From NCBI GenBank assembly GCA_964536285.1, contig CAZHXG010000009.1, positions 2,604 to 66,603 on the forward strand: DNA of 64,000 bases. Reading direction: 5' to 3'. Shown here one piece after another: positions 35,763-44,629 of the stretch; within the stretch, counting starts at the first letter, position 1, and each line of letters opens with the position of its first letter. The notes below the pieces were generated by a model. The model made no database searches. It was given only the letters and a program-made list of their open reading frames with translations, and had not been told where the DNA came from. The stretch comes from an uncultured Bifidobacteriaceae bacterium (GTDB taxonomy: Bacteria; Verrucomicrobiota; Verrucomicrobiia; Limisphaerales; UBA11358). A program made the position numbers and the translations under genes.

Positions 35763-35936
35763 TCAAAAACGATAAAATCTATTGAAAATAGGAACTTTCA
35801 GCGACGCCAAATAAATCGGAAGACAGGACAAATACTCCGGCAGCGACGCCAAATGCTCCGGCAAACACGTCAAACGAATCGGCAGATTGACCAAATGAAT
35901 CAGCAGACGGGCGAAATCAATCGGAAGATGGGTCAT
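35763..35936 (-). CDS. candidate 57-aa heptad-repeat mini-protein (below ORF-track cutoff)
   Basis: The ATG at 35936 and the TGA at 35765-35763 give MTHLPIDFARLLIHLVNLPIRLTCLPEHLASLPEYLSCLPIYLASLKVPIFNRFYRF. The ORF is encoded entirely by the 21-bp repeat array and may not be translated. Confidence 0.25.
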   Translation of the reverse strand: MTHLPIDFARLLIHLVNLPIRLTCLPEHLASLPEYLSCLPIYLASLKVPIFNRFYRF

Positions 35937-35975
35937 GGAAGGTGGCAGTCGGGGGCAAACGGACCGGCAGAGGCG
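35787..35975. repeat. phased 21-bp tandem repeat array (about 8-9 units)
   Basis: Unit starts fall exactly at 35808, 35829, 35850, 35871, 35892, 35913, 35934 and 35955. The consensus is roughly CAAAT-nnnn-CGGCAG-nnnnnn, with a degenerate unit at 35787. Confidence 0.9.
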
Positions 35976-36106
35976 TTATATTTTCAGCCGGTGGCGTTCC
36001 CTGCCCCGCGCTTCACCGATTTTCCACCGCAGATTTTTTCTGGACAAGATGTTTCCTTAAATTAAAGCTGGCGCACTTTCACAAAACCAAGTCCACAGGA
36101 ACAGAT

Positions 36107-36805
36107 ATGAAGATGAAACATCTTTTGAGTCTCGCGGTCGTCTGCTGCGCCGCCAGCCTTTCCACTGCGGAAGACATCACGACCCTCGACGGACACACGT
36201 ATACGGACGTGCGGGACGTGGCCTTGAAGCACAACGGACTTTTTTTCGTCGTCGGCTCGGGCGATTCGCTCAAGGGCGTGACGGTCCCTTTCAGCAACCT
36301 GCCGAACGACATCAAGGAAAAATACCATTACGATCCGTTCGAGGTGGGACTTGCCTTTGCGCGGGAGAACAGGCCGGTTTATTTGACCCGTAACATGGCG
36401 TTCTCGCTGGACAATCTTGAAGCGGCCAAGAAAAAGGCGAAGGCCGAAAAGAAGTTGATCGGGTTCATTCTGGAGTGGGATTCTTTCTTCAACAAACCCG
36501 CCAACCCGATGGAACGAGGCAGCGAAAGTGGACTGGCTCATTTTTACGACGTCTTCAACGACAGCCTCGTGCTGGTGTTCGTCCGCCACGAGAGCGAACT
36601 CGATAAAGTGCCGGCGTCGGTGAAGGTGGGCTTCGGCGGCCCGGAGGAAGGCGGCTTCGCACCCAACATGGCGGTGGTGACGGCGGATTGTTCGCAGTTC
36701 GTCTGCGAAATCCCCTTCGGCGGCGACCATTCCAACGGGCAAATCCGCGAACAGATTTTCCGCCAGAAGATGGCCGTGATCAAAAAAGCGGCCGGGAAAC
36801 AATGA
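36107..36805 (+). CDS. secreted hypothetical protein
   Basis: I trimmed the start to MKMKHLLSLAVVCCAASLSTA (signal peptide). Its stop overlaps the next gene's start (ATGA). Confidence 0.65.
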   Translation: MKMKHLLSLAVVCCAASLSTAEDITTLDGHTYTDVRDVALKHNGLFFVVGSGDSLKGVTVPFSNLPNDIKEKYHYDPFEVGLAFARENRPVYLTRNMAFSLDNLEAAKKKAKAEKKLIGFILEWDSFFNKPANPMERGSESGLAHFYDVFNDSLVLVFVRHESELDKVPASVKVGFGGPEEGGFAPNMAVVTADCSQFVCEIPFGGDHSNGQIREQIFRQKMAVIKKAAGKQ

Positions 36806-37794
36806 AAATACTTTTCATCGGCGGCACCGGCAAAATCAGCACGACCGTCAGCCGCCAGGTGCTGGCGAAAGGATTCGAACTGTATCTGCTCAACCGCGGC
36901 TTGCAGCAGGAAAATCCGCCGGGCAGCCGCAGCCTGACCGCCGACATCAACAACGCGGACGAAGTCGGGGCGGCGTTGGGAAATCTGAAATTTGACGCGG
37001 TCGTGGACTGGATCGCCTTCACGCCGGAACACATCGAGCGCGACCTCGCGCTGTTCAAAGGCCGGACCGGACAATACATCTTCATCAGCTCCGCCTCCGT
37101 TTATCAAAAGCCGCCGGAACATTATCTGACAACGGAATCAACACCGCTGCTCAATCCGTTCTGGGATTACTCGCGCAACAAAATCGCCTGCGAAGAACGT
37201 TTGGTGCGCGCTTATCACGAGGAACATTTCCCAATCACGATCGTGCGGCCTTCATTCACTTACGACCGCTATTTTCCGGTCGCCATCGGCGGCTTCGGCT
37301 GTTACACGCTCGCCGACCGGTTGAAGAAAGGCAAACCCATCATCGTCCACGGCGACGGCTCTTCCTTGTGGGTCATGACACACGCCGAGGATTTCGGACG
37401 GGGATTTACGGGATTGCTCGGAAATGCCAAAGCTATCGGCCACGCATTTCATATCACCTCGGACGAAGTGCTGACGTGGAACCAGATTTATCAAACCATC
37501 GCCGGAGCGCTGGATGTGAAGCCGGACATCGTCCACATCCCGTCGGATTTCATCGCGCGCGCGGCCCCGCAATTCACCGGCACTTTACTGGGCGACAAAA
37601 GTTGCAGCGCCGTCTTCGACAACAGCAAGATCAAGACATTCGTGCCGGGCTTTCAAGCAACGATTCCCTTTCGCGAGGGCATCCGGCGCACGGCGGCGTG
37701 GTTTGACGCCGATGAAAGGCGCAAGCGCGTGGACGAAACGGTCAACAAGGAAATAGACCGCATTCTTGAGGCATACGCCGGATGCTCTGCTTGA
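36802..37794 (+). CDS. NAD-dependent epimerase/dehydratase family (extended SDR)
   Basis: The start is taken at MKILFIGGTGKIS (GxxGxxG). The catalytic YxxxK motif is YSRNK. Confidence 0.85.
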   Translation: MKILFIGGTGKISTTVSRQVLAKGFELYLLNRGLQQENPPGSRSLTADINNADEVGAALGNLKFDAVVDWIAFTPEHIERDLALFKGRTGQYIFISSASVYQKPPEHYLTTESTPLLNPFWDYSRNKIACEERLVRAYHEEHFPITIVRPSFTYDRYFPVAIGGFGCYTLADRLKKGKPIIVHGDGSSLWVMTHAEDFGRGFTGLLGNAKAIGHAFHITSDEVLTWNQIYQTIAGALDVKPDIVHIPSDFIARAAPQFTGTLLGDKSCSAVFDNSKIKTFVPGFQATIPFREGIRRTAAWFDADERRKRVDETVNKEIDRILEAYAGCSA

Positions 37795-37839
37795 AGACGG
37801 CGGTGGTGACCGCGGATTGTTCGCTGGAGAAACGAAATT

Positions 37840-38520
37840 TTACCGATTGCGCCGCACGACTTGAAGAATCCGGGCGGGCGTTCTGGTTCCACGCGCGAAG
37901 ACAACGAGGCCGAAGCAGGCGATAGCGGACAAGATAAGGGTGTTCGTCTTGTCGGGGATGCTTTCCGAACCAGCGGTACCCTTGGCGGTGCCGTTGAAAT
38001 CGGTCGTGAAGTCGCCGTCGAACGTGGAGGTCTCGCTCACAAGTTGAACGCTGATGTCGCCGGTGAACAGACTGATGAGTGCGCCTGCCGTCGGCGAAAA
38101 ACGGAAATCATACAGGTCGCTCGCTCCGCCATCGAGAAAACCGAATCCAGTCACACCGCCCGTCAACAGGAGACCGGAATATGTGTTTGCGCCCTCCGTC
38201 ACCGTCCCCGACAAGCTGAAGTCATCACCGCCCGTGCCGCCGATCAGAGCGCCGGTGTTGTCCACGAGGATTTGAATCTGGAAGTTTTTCGTGCCGGTGA
38301 TGACGCGCGGCAGTTCTCCGCTGTTGAACAACACGGTCGCCGGTGTGGCGTTGACGGAAAAAAGCTGGCCGGAGGCGCTGTAATTGAGCGCGGATGAATC
38401 CTGACTGACGAAACTGATTTTTGGAAAGTCGAGACTTACGTTCAAAAGGTCTGCAAACGACGATGGCACTGCCGCCACGCCGAACAACCCCAACAACAAA
38501 AACATTATACGACACTTCAC
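37840..38520 (-). CDS. secreted protein with PEP-CTERM-like C-terminal anchor
   Basis: A signal peptide is present. The C-terminus has IPD followed by a hydrophobic helix (TLILSAIACFGLVVFA) and an Arg-rich tail. Confidence 0.55.
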   Translation of the reverse strand: MKCRIMFLLLGLFGVAAVPSSFADLLNVSLDFPKISFVSQDSSALNYSASGQLFSVNATPATVLFNSGELPRVITGTKNFQIQILVDNTGALIGGTGGDDFSLSGTVTEGANTYSGLLLTGGVTGFGFLDGGASDLYDFRFSPTAGALISLFTGDISVQLVSETSTFDGDFTTDFNGTAKGTAGSESIPDKTNTLILSAIACFGLVVFARGTRTPARILQVVRRNR

Positions 38521-38716
38521 AACATTGAGAGCTTCAGTTTCACACTATAAACCATTATTTAATGAATGCTAATGGATTATTTCACAGCACCAATTTGACT
38601 CTACAGCAGGGAAACCGGCTAAAGAAACCTTTGGTATCAATCCGTCTCCGACCCACACGTCTTCAATTCGAGCTTGAGAGTGTCCAAGAAAAGATGATGT
38701 CGCAGATGAAGACGGC

Positions 38717-39649
38717 TTACTGGTTCTCCGCCGCCAGAAATCTTTCGGCGTCAATCGCCGCCGCGCAACCCATTCCCGCCGCCGTCACGGCCTGACGATA
38801 AACATGGTCGGCACAGTCGCCCGCCACAAAAACTCCTGGGACATTCGTCATCGTGCCGCCCTTTTTGGGAATGATGAAGCCGTGCGCGTCGGTTTCGATC
38901 TGGCTTTTGAAGATTTCCGTGTTCGGCCCGTGGCCGATGGCGATGAAGACGCCCGCGCAATCCAAAACGGATTCCGCGCCGGTCTTGAGATTTTTCAATT
39001 TCACGGCGGTCACTTTGTCCTGCTTCGCGTCGAGGATTTCCGTCACGGCGGAATTCCAGACCGGCTTGATGGTCTTGTGCGCGTGAACGCGCGCGGCCAT
39101 GATTTTTGACGCGCGCAACTTGTCGCGGCGATGAACCAAAAAAATTTCCGATCCGAAGCGGGTCAGGTAAAGCGCCTCCTCGCAGGCGGAATCGCCGCCG
39201 CCGACCACGACGAGCGGTTGATTGCGAAAAACCGGCAGCGCGCCGTCGCACGTCGCGCAATACGTCACGCCTTTGGTTTCCAGCAAATCCTCGCCGGGAA
39301 CACCGAGATGCTTGTGGCTCGCGCCGGTGGCGATGATGACGGTTTCCGACTCGATTTTTTCGCCATCAACCGTGAGCGCGAAAGGACGTTTGGAGAAATC
39401 CACCTTCTCGACCGTCCCAAAACTTGCCTTCGCGCCGAAGCGTTCGGCCTGTTTCTGCATCCGCGTCATCAGTTCGTAGCCGTCCACGCCTTCGGGAAAG
39501 CCGGGGAAATTTTCCACGATGCTCGTCGTGGTGAGCAAACCGCCGGGCTGCCTGCCGGTGAACACGAGAGGGGCGAGATTGGCGCGCGCGGTATAAAGCG
39601 CCGCCGTCCAGCCCGCGCAGCCCGAACCAATGATGGCAACTTTTTCCAT
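38717..39649 (-). CDS. trxB: thioredoxin-disulfide reductase
   Basis: I trimmed the start to MEKVAIIGSGCAGWTAA. The redox centre is CATCDG, and a second dinucleotide fold (VVGGGDSA) is present. Confidence 0.93.
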   Translation of the reverse strand: MEKVAIIGSGCAGWTAALYTARANLAPLVFTGRQPGGLLTTTSIVENFPGFPEGVDGYELMTRMQKQAERFGAKASFGTVEKVDFSKRPFALTVDGEKIESETVIIATGASHKHLGVPGEDLLETKGVTYCATCDGALPVFRNQPLVVVGGGDSACEEALYLTRFGSEIFLVHRRDKLRASKIMAARVHAHKTIKPVWNSAVTEILDAKQDKVTAVKLKNLKTGAESVLDCAGVFIAIGHGPNTEIFKSQIETDAHGFIIPKKGGTMTNVPGVFVAGDCADHVYRQAVTAAGMGCAAAIDAERFLAAENQ

Positions 39650-39743
39650 AAGGACGCGCAAGGTAGTCCGCGAATGCGAAAGTTGCAAGTTTGCGCGTGA
39701 TTTGAAATTGCCGTCAGACTGTTTTGGAGATTTACTGGTGCGA

Positions 39744-40862
39744 ATGAGCCGATTGGCAAAAATTCTCACCTGTCTGTTTTGTTTGTCCGTGCATATATTT
39801 TGCCGCGCCCAACCCGCGGGAACAAATCTGTGGGCGCTGCGGCTGGCGAATTACGAATGTGATTCGTCCCCCGCACTCGCGCCGGACGGAACGGTTTATC
39901 AGGCGACGTTCGACGGCAAACTCATGGCTCTCACCCCACAAGGCGAAATCAAATGGACTTTCAAGACGCCGCTGGAAATCAAATCCTCTCCAGCCGTCGG
40001 CGACGATGGAACGATTTATTTCGGTTCGCGCGACAGGAAATTTTACGCCGTCACCCAGCAAGGCAAACTCAAATGGACTTTCCCGACCGGCGCGTGGATT
40101 GATTCTTCACCCGCGATCGCGACGGATGGGACGATCTATTTCGGTTCGTGGGACGCAAATTTTTACGCGCTCAATCCCGACGGGTCGAAGAAATGGGAAT
40201 TCGCCACCGGCGGAATCGTCGTTTCATCTCCCGCAATCGGCACCGACGGGACGGTTTATTTCGGCTCGCACGACAAAAACTTTTACGCGCTCAATCCCGA
40301 CGGAAAAGTCCGCTGGAAGTTTCCGACACAGGGCCAGATCATCTCGTCGCCCGCCATCAATTCCGACGGCACGATTTATTTCACTTCGACGGACGGGAAT
40401 CTTTACGCGTTGAACCCCGATGGAAGCGAGAGGTGGCGTTTGCACACCGGCAGTCCGACCGAATCTTCGCCAGTGCTTGATGGACAGGGCATGATTTATC
40501 TGGGTGCCAGACAATTCAACACTGGCGTGAATGAAGATGGGAAAAAAATCTGGGAATGGGGCGGAGCTGATTTGAATGACGCTTCGCCCGCTGTCGCCGC
40601 AAACCGGACCGTGTATTGTTCTTCGCCGTGGCGAGATTTTTTTGCGATGCAAACCAACGGTGCTATCCAATGGGGCGTTTCTGAGGATTCACGAATCTGG
40701 GCTTCGCCGACCATCGGTCGTGACGGAACAATTTATGTCGTCAGCGGCAACAAGCTTTGCGCTGTCACTTTTACAAATCCGATGCCGCCGCTTGCGAAAA
40801 GTTCGTGGCCGATGTTCCACGCGAACCCGCAGCACACGGGGCGTGTGCAAAAGGTGAATTGA
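39744..40862 (+). CDS. PQQ-like (BamB-type) beta-propeller repeat protein, exported
   Basis: The start is taken at MSRLAKILTCLF.. (signal peptide). There are about 8 repeats of SSPA-x-DGT-IYFGS-D-x-YAL. Confidence 0.85.
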   Translation: MSRLAKILTCLFCLSVHIFCRAQPAGTNLWALRLANYECDSSPALAPDGTVYQATFDGKLMALTPQGEIKWTFKTPLEIKSSPAVGDDGTIYFGSRDRKFYAVTQQGKLKWTFPTGAWIDSSPAIATDGTIYFGSWDANFYALNPDGSKKWEFATGGIVVSSPAIGTDGTVYFGSHDKNFYALNPDGKVRWKFPTQGQIISSPAINSDGTIYFTSTDGNLYALNPDGSERWRLHTGSPTESSPVLDGQGMIYLGARQFNTGVNEDGKKIWEWGGADLNDASPAVAANRTVYCSSPWRDFFAMQTNGAIQWGVSEDSRIWASPTIGRDGTIYVVSGNKLCAVTFTNPMPPLAKSSWPMFHANPQHTGRVQKVN

Positions 40863-40864
40863 TT

Positions 40865-41248
40865 TTACAGCCGCTCACGCCCGCCGAAACCGGTTTCGAG
40901 GTCGTGCCAGAATTCCACGTCGTCCTCGTCCGATTCCCAGCAGAGAAAAACTTCCTTGCCACCGATGATGGCCGGAAAATCAATCAGCCCGCGCGACAGA
41001 TCCTTGATGAAAATCTGGCGTCGCTGGAACTCGGCGAGGATTTCCTGCGTGGATGCAAGCGCGCGAATCCATTCGTTCACCGTCTCGCCGCCGATATCCT
41101 GCCCGTCCGCCGCAAGCCCGCTCAAACGTTTCTCGTATCGCTGCAAATCCTCGCGCTGCCGGTTGAGCTGCTCCAGCCACTTGCGGATTTGCGGCAACAA
41201 CGCGCTCGCTTCCTCGCGCGTATAGTGCTTTTCAAAACGATGTTCCAT
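40865..41248 (-). CDS. DUF2203 family protein
   Basis: I trimmed the start to MEHRFEKHYTREEASALLPQI. The C-terminus DFPAIIGGKEVFLCW..VEFWHDLETGFGGR is typical of DUF2203. Confidence 0.75.
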   Translation of the reverse strand: MEHRFEKHYTREEASALLPQIRKWLEQLNRQREDLQRYEKRLSGLAADGQDIGGETVNEWIRALASTQEILAEFQRRQIFIKDLSRGLIDFPAIIGGKEVFLCWESDEDDVEFWHDLETGFGGRERL

Positions 41249-41331
41249 CGCAAAAAATTTCCACCGGCAAAAAGGGCGTTCGCGGCGGCTGCGCAAAGCA
41301 ACCGTCGCGAACGATGAATGAACCGCGCAGA

Positions 41332-41433
41332 CTACTTCTGCCAAGTGCGTTTCTTGTGACGATTCAAGCGCAGCTTCTTGCGCCGTTTATGTTTGTTGAT
41401 CTTTGCCTTGCGGCGTTTTTTTAGTGAACCCAT
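41332..41433 (-). CDS. 33-aa highly basic protein, bS22-like (AURKAIP1/COX24-type small ribosomal protein)
   Basis: This ORF is not in the ORF track. It reads [33 protein letters not shown]. It resembles the MGS-x-KKRRK...KHRK pattern of actinobacterial and Bacteroidota bS22. Confidence 0.55.
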   Translation of the reverse strand: MGSLKKRRKAKINKHKRRKKLRLNRHKKRTWQK

Positions 41434-41448
41434 AGGTTTCGATTTCTT

Positions 41449-42324
41449 TCAATATACTACTTTGTTCAAAGGATATTCAATGATTCCTTCCGCGCCCGCG
41501 GCCTTCAGTTGCGGAATCAATTCGCGGACGATGTGCTCGTCAATGATCGTCTCCACGGCGACCCAGCCTTTCAGACTCAAACTGGAAATCGTCGGGTTGC
41601 GCAGCGCCGGCAATTCCTTCAGCAATCGCGCTAGATTTTTCTCCGCGATGTTCATTTTCAAACCGACTTTTGCCTCGGCGTCGAGCGCACCTTTGAGTAA
41701 CAACGCGAGCGTTTCGATTTTTTTTCGTTTCCACGGATTTTTCCAGGCGGTGAGATTCGCGATCAAACGCGGCGTCGAAATCAAAAGCGTGTCCACGATG
41801 CGCAGCTTGTTCGCGCGCAGCGACGAGCCGGTCTCCGTGACTTCGACAATCGCGTCCACCAACTCGTGCGCCTTGACTTCCGTCGCGCCCCACGAAAATT
41901 CCACCTCGGCTTTCACGCCGTTTTTCTTCAAATACTTTTTGGTCAGATTGACAACTTCAGTCGCAATCCTTTTGCCCTTCAAATCCTTCACCGATTTGAT
42001 TTTTGAATTTTCCGGCACACACAAGACCCAGCGCGCGGGCCGGCGCGTCGCCTTGCTGAAAAGAAATTCGCCGACCTCGTGGACCTTCGAGCCGTTTTCG
42101 ACAATCCAGTCGTGTCCCGTGATGCCGCAATCGAGATAACCGTGCTCGACGTAGCGGCTGATTTCCTGCGCGCGGATGAGCCGGATCTCCATCTCGTCGT
42201 CGTCCACGGTCGGAATGTAGGAGCGGCTGCTGATGGAAATGTTAAATCCCGCCTTGGCCATCTTTTCGATGGTGGCGTCCTGCAAACTGCCCTTCGGCAA
42301 ACCAAATTTTAATTTCTTACTCAT
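41449..42324 (-). CDS. hisG: ATP phosphoribosyltransferase (long form)
   Basis: 291 aa. The N-terminus reads [10 protein letters not shown]. The motif [16 protein letters not shown] and a C-terminal regulatory domain are present. Confidence 0.93.
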   Translation of the reverse strand: MSKKLKFGLPKGSLQDATIEKMAKAGFNISISSRSYIPTVDDDEMEIRLIRAQEISRYVEHGYLDCGITGHDWIVENGSKVHEVGEFLFSKATRRPARWVLCVPENSKIKSVKDLKGKRIATEVVNLTKKYLKKNGVKAEVEFSWGATEVKAHELVDAIVEVTETGSSLRANKLRIVDTLLISTPRLIANLTAWKNPWKRKKIETLALLLKGALDAEAKVGLKMNIAEKNLARLLKELPALRNPTISSLSLKGWVAVETIIDEHIVRELIPQLKAAGAEGIIEYPLNKVVY

Positions 42325-42451
42325 CGTGCTTCTGCAAATTCTGTTTCACGCGCGGGCGCAAATACTTTTTCTTCGAATCCTTCACGCGTGTGACCGGGTT
42401 AATCTGCCAACTCCGGCGCGGAAACGCCACTTTCTTCTTTTTCGTTTTCAT
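42317..42451 (-). CDS. candidate 44-aa basic protein bridging purN and hisG
   Basis: It reads [44 protein letters not shown]. The ATG overlaps the purN stop (ATGA), and the stop lies 8 nt inside hisG. Confidence 0.35.
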   Translation of the reverse strand: MKTKKKKVAFPRRSWQINPVTRVKDSKKKYLRPRVKQNLQKHDE

Positions 42452-43074
42452 GGCTTGCGCCAAATCACTTTTCTGCCGGCAACCGAAATCTCCCCGCGCG
42501 CCATCGCCGCGACGCATTTCGGATAAAGATCATGCTCCGCCGCGTGGATGCGCGAATGCAAACTCTCCGCCGTGTCATTTTCCAAAACGGGAACCGTTTG
42601 CTGCGCGATGATCGGCCCCGCGTCCACGCCCGCGTCCACAAAATGCACCGTGCAGCCCGTCACCTTCACGCCGTGATCCAGCGCCTGCTTCCATGCTTCG
42701 AGTCCGGGAAACGACGGCAGCAGCGACGGATGGATGTTCACGATACGCCCCTCGAACGCGCGCAGAAAATCGCCCTTCAACACGCGCATGAAACCCGCGA
42801 GCACGATCAAATCCACTTTTGCCTCGTGCAAAATTTTTACGAACTCGCGTTCCGCCTCTTCGTCCAACTTCGTGCGGAATTTTCCCGGCGGAACGAATCG
42901 CGCCGGAATTTTCCGTTCGAGCGCGTGTGACAAAATTCCCGCACCTTCGACATCGCTCAAGACGACGGCAACTTCCGCCGGAATTTTTCCTGCGGCAACG
43001 GCGTCGGCAATCGCGACAAAGTTCGAACCTTTGCCGGAGCCGAGAACGCCCAATCGAAATTTGTTGCTCATCAA
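42448..43074 (-). CDS. purN: phosphoribosylglycinamide formyltransferase
   Basis: 208 aa. Motifs are VLGSGKGSNF and NIHPSLLPSFPG, and the catalytic Asp lies in VDAGVDAGPII. Confidence 0.93.
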   Translation of the reverse strand: MMSNKFRLGVLGSGKGSNFVAIADAVAAGKIPAEVAVVLSDVEGAGILSHALERKIPARFVPPGKFRTKLDEEAEREFVKILHEAKVDLIVLAGFMRVLKGDFLRAFEGRIVNIHPSLLPSFPGLEAWKQALDHGVKVTGCTVHFVDAGVDAGPIIAQQTVPVLENDTAESLHSRIHAAEHDLYPKCVAAMARGEISVAGRKVIWRKP

Positions 43075-43640
43075 TTTAGATGATTCAAAAGAGGACTGTT
43101 GGATGGCGCAAATTTCCGAATTTCGTCTCCGAATTTAATTGGAGAAGATAGAAACAATGGAAGCCAAGTGACTTTTCCATCTGTGCCAGAATAAATCCGA
43201 AGCCAGCGCAAATTAAAAAGTCTAAACTTTCTAATTTTCACAATGTCTTGCCATCGAATAAAACGGCGTAATCCCCAAAATGAATGAGCGTAAATTCCAT
43301 CTGATGAAAATCCAACAGGAAGAATTAAAAGAAATAACAATAATGTTCCAACGAAATAACAAATAAGAAAATGCGGCAATATCGTATATGTTGTTCGCCA
43401 AAATTTATACAAATTAACATGTCCATCATGAATCAATATCAAACAAAAGCCCAAAGCCACTCCGATGACAGATGCAATAACACAAAGGAAAAAAAGTGAA
43501 ACAATTGATGCTCTAAATCGTTTTACATCAGATGGAATTGAAATAGCCATGCCAATTTGAATTTGAGACTGGGTATCCTTTAAGTCAATCGCGAATGATA
43601 GCGAATTTAATTCTTCGTTCTCACTCAAACCTCTCGCCAA
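43071..43640 (-). CDS. low-GC membrane protein, possibly bacterial PH-domain-like
   Basis: 189 aa, or about 159 aa from the internal MAISIPSD start at 43550. Two or three TM helices are followed by DGIYAHSFWGLRRFIRWQDIVKIRK. I hand-counted 15-24 G+C per 60 nt. Confidence 0.55.
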   Translation of the reverse strand: MARGLSENEELNSLSFAIDLKDTQSQIQIGMAISIPSDVKRFRASIVSLFFLCVIASVIGVALGFCLILIHDGHVNLYKFWRTTYTILPHFLICYFVGTLLLFLLILPVGFSSDGIYAHSFWGLRRFIRWQDIVKIRKFRLFNLRWLRIYSGTDGKVTWLPLFLSSPIKFGDEIRKFAPSNSPLLNHLN

Positions 43641-44628
43641 TTTTTAACGGGTGTCCGGCAAGAAATTCCGCCGCATTCATCCGCCGACCGCCTTCGCGCT
43701 GCAATTCCAGAATCCGCAGCGCGTTCTGTCCGCAAGCGATAACAATTCCATTTTTGTCCGCCTGCAAAATTTCTCCTGCCGCGCCGGAGCGTTCCACAAC
43801 TTCAGCTTTCCAGATTTTCAGCAGTTGCGCTTTCGGTGGGGCGAGACTCCCGGCGAGCCGTTCTGAAATTTTATCTTCGGCTCGCGAGGACGCTCGCCCG
43901 ACCGACTCCGGCAAAAACGCGAACGCGCCCGGCCACGGTGTGAACGCGCGCAGCCGGTTCAAAATCTTTTCCGCCGGTTCGTTCCAGTCAATTTTTCCGT
44001 CTTCTCTTTTTATCTTGGCCGCGTAACTCACTCCTTCGGTTGGCTGCGGTTTTGGCGAAATTTTTCCGGCGAGGTAATCTGGAATCGTTTCAACCAATAA
44101 TTCCGCGCCGAGTTGCGCGAGCCGGTCATGCAGAGTTTGCGAATTGTCCTCTGGCAAAATCGGCGTGCGCGCCTGTGAAATAATTTCGCCGGTGTCCAAG
44201 CCCGCGTCCATTTTCATGATCGTCACGCCGGTTTCCGTTTCGCCGTTGAGGATTGCGGATTGGATTGGCGATGCGCCGCGAAATTTCGGCAGCAGCGATG
44301 TGTGGACGTTCATGCAGCCAAACTTCGGCAAATCTAAAATGCTCTGCGGCAAAATCTGTCCATAGGCGACGACAACGATCAAATCCGGTTTCAATTCGCG
44401 CAATTCGGAAATGAATTTTTCGTCGCGCGCGCGCGCGGGTTGTAAAACCGGCAGCTTTAATTTTTCCGCCAGAGTTTTTACCGGCGACGATTGCGGCTTG
44501 AGTTCGCGGCCTTTGGGTTTGTCCGGTTGCGTGACGACGGCGGCGACGGAAAATTTCTCCGCCAGTTTTTCGAGGCTGGCGCAGGACAGTTCCGCCGTGC
44601 CCATGAAAATGATTTTCAACTCTTTCAT
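43621..44628 (-). CDS. fmt: methionyl-tRNA formyltransferase
   Basis: I trimmed the start to MKELKIIFMGT. The motif NVHTSLLPKFRGASPIQ and a C-terminal tRNA-binding domain are present. Confidence 0.92.
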   Translation of the reverse strand: MKELKIIFMGTAELSCASLEKLAEKFSVAAVVTQPDKPKGRELKPQSSPVKTLAEKLKLPVLQPARARDEKFISELRELKPDLIVVVAYGQILPQSILDLPKFGCMNVHTSLLPKFRGASPIQSAILNGETETGVTIMKMDAGLDTGEIISQARTPILPEDNSQTLHDRLAQLGAELLVETIPDYLAGKISPKPQPTEGVSYAAKIKREDGKIDWNEPAEKILNRLRAFTPWPGAFAFLPESVGRASSRAEDKISERLAGSLAPPKAQLLKIWKAEVVERSGAAGEILQADKNGIVIACGQNALRILELQREGGRRMNAAEFLAGHPLKIGERFE

Positions 44629-44629
44629 C

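Noticed and set aside
35787-35975. The possibility that the 21-bp array, or the 24-nt REP-like elements, form a CRISPR array.
   Set aside because: The units are directly abutting and degenerate, with no unique spacers. There is no leader and there are no cas genes. The 24-nt elements are dispersed and occur in both orientations.
35739-36065. A 108-aa Gln/Arg-rich plus-strand ORF across the 21-bp array.
   Set aside because: It uses many A-ending and rare-looking codons (ATA, ACA, GGA, CGA). It would run toward the signal-peptide gene without a plausible ribosome-binding context. I keep it only as an alternative reading in the repeat-array finding.
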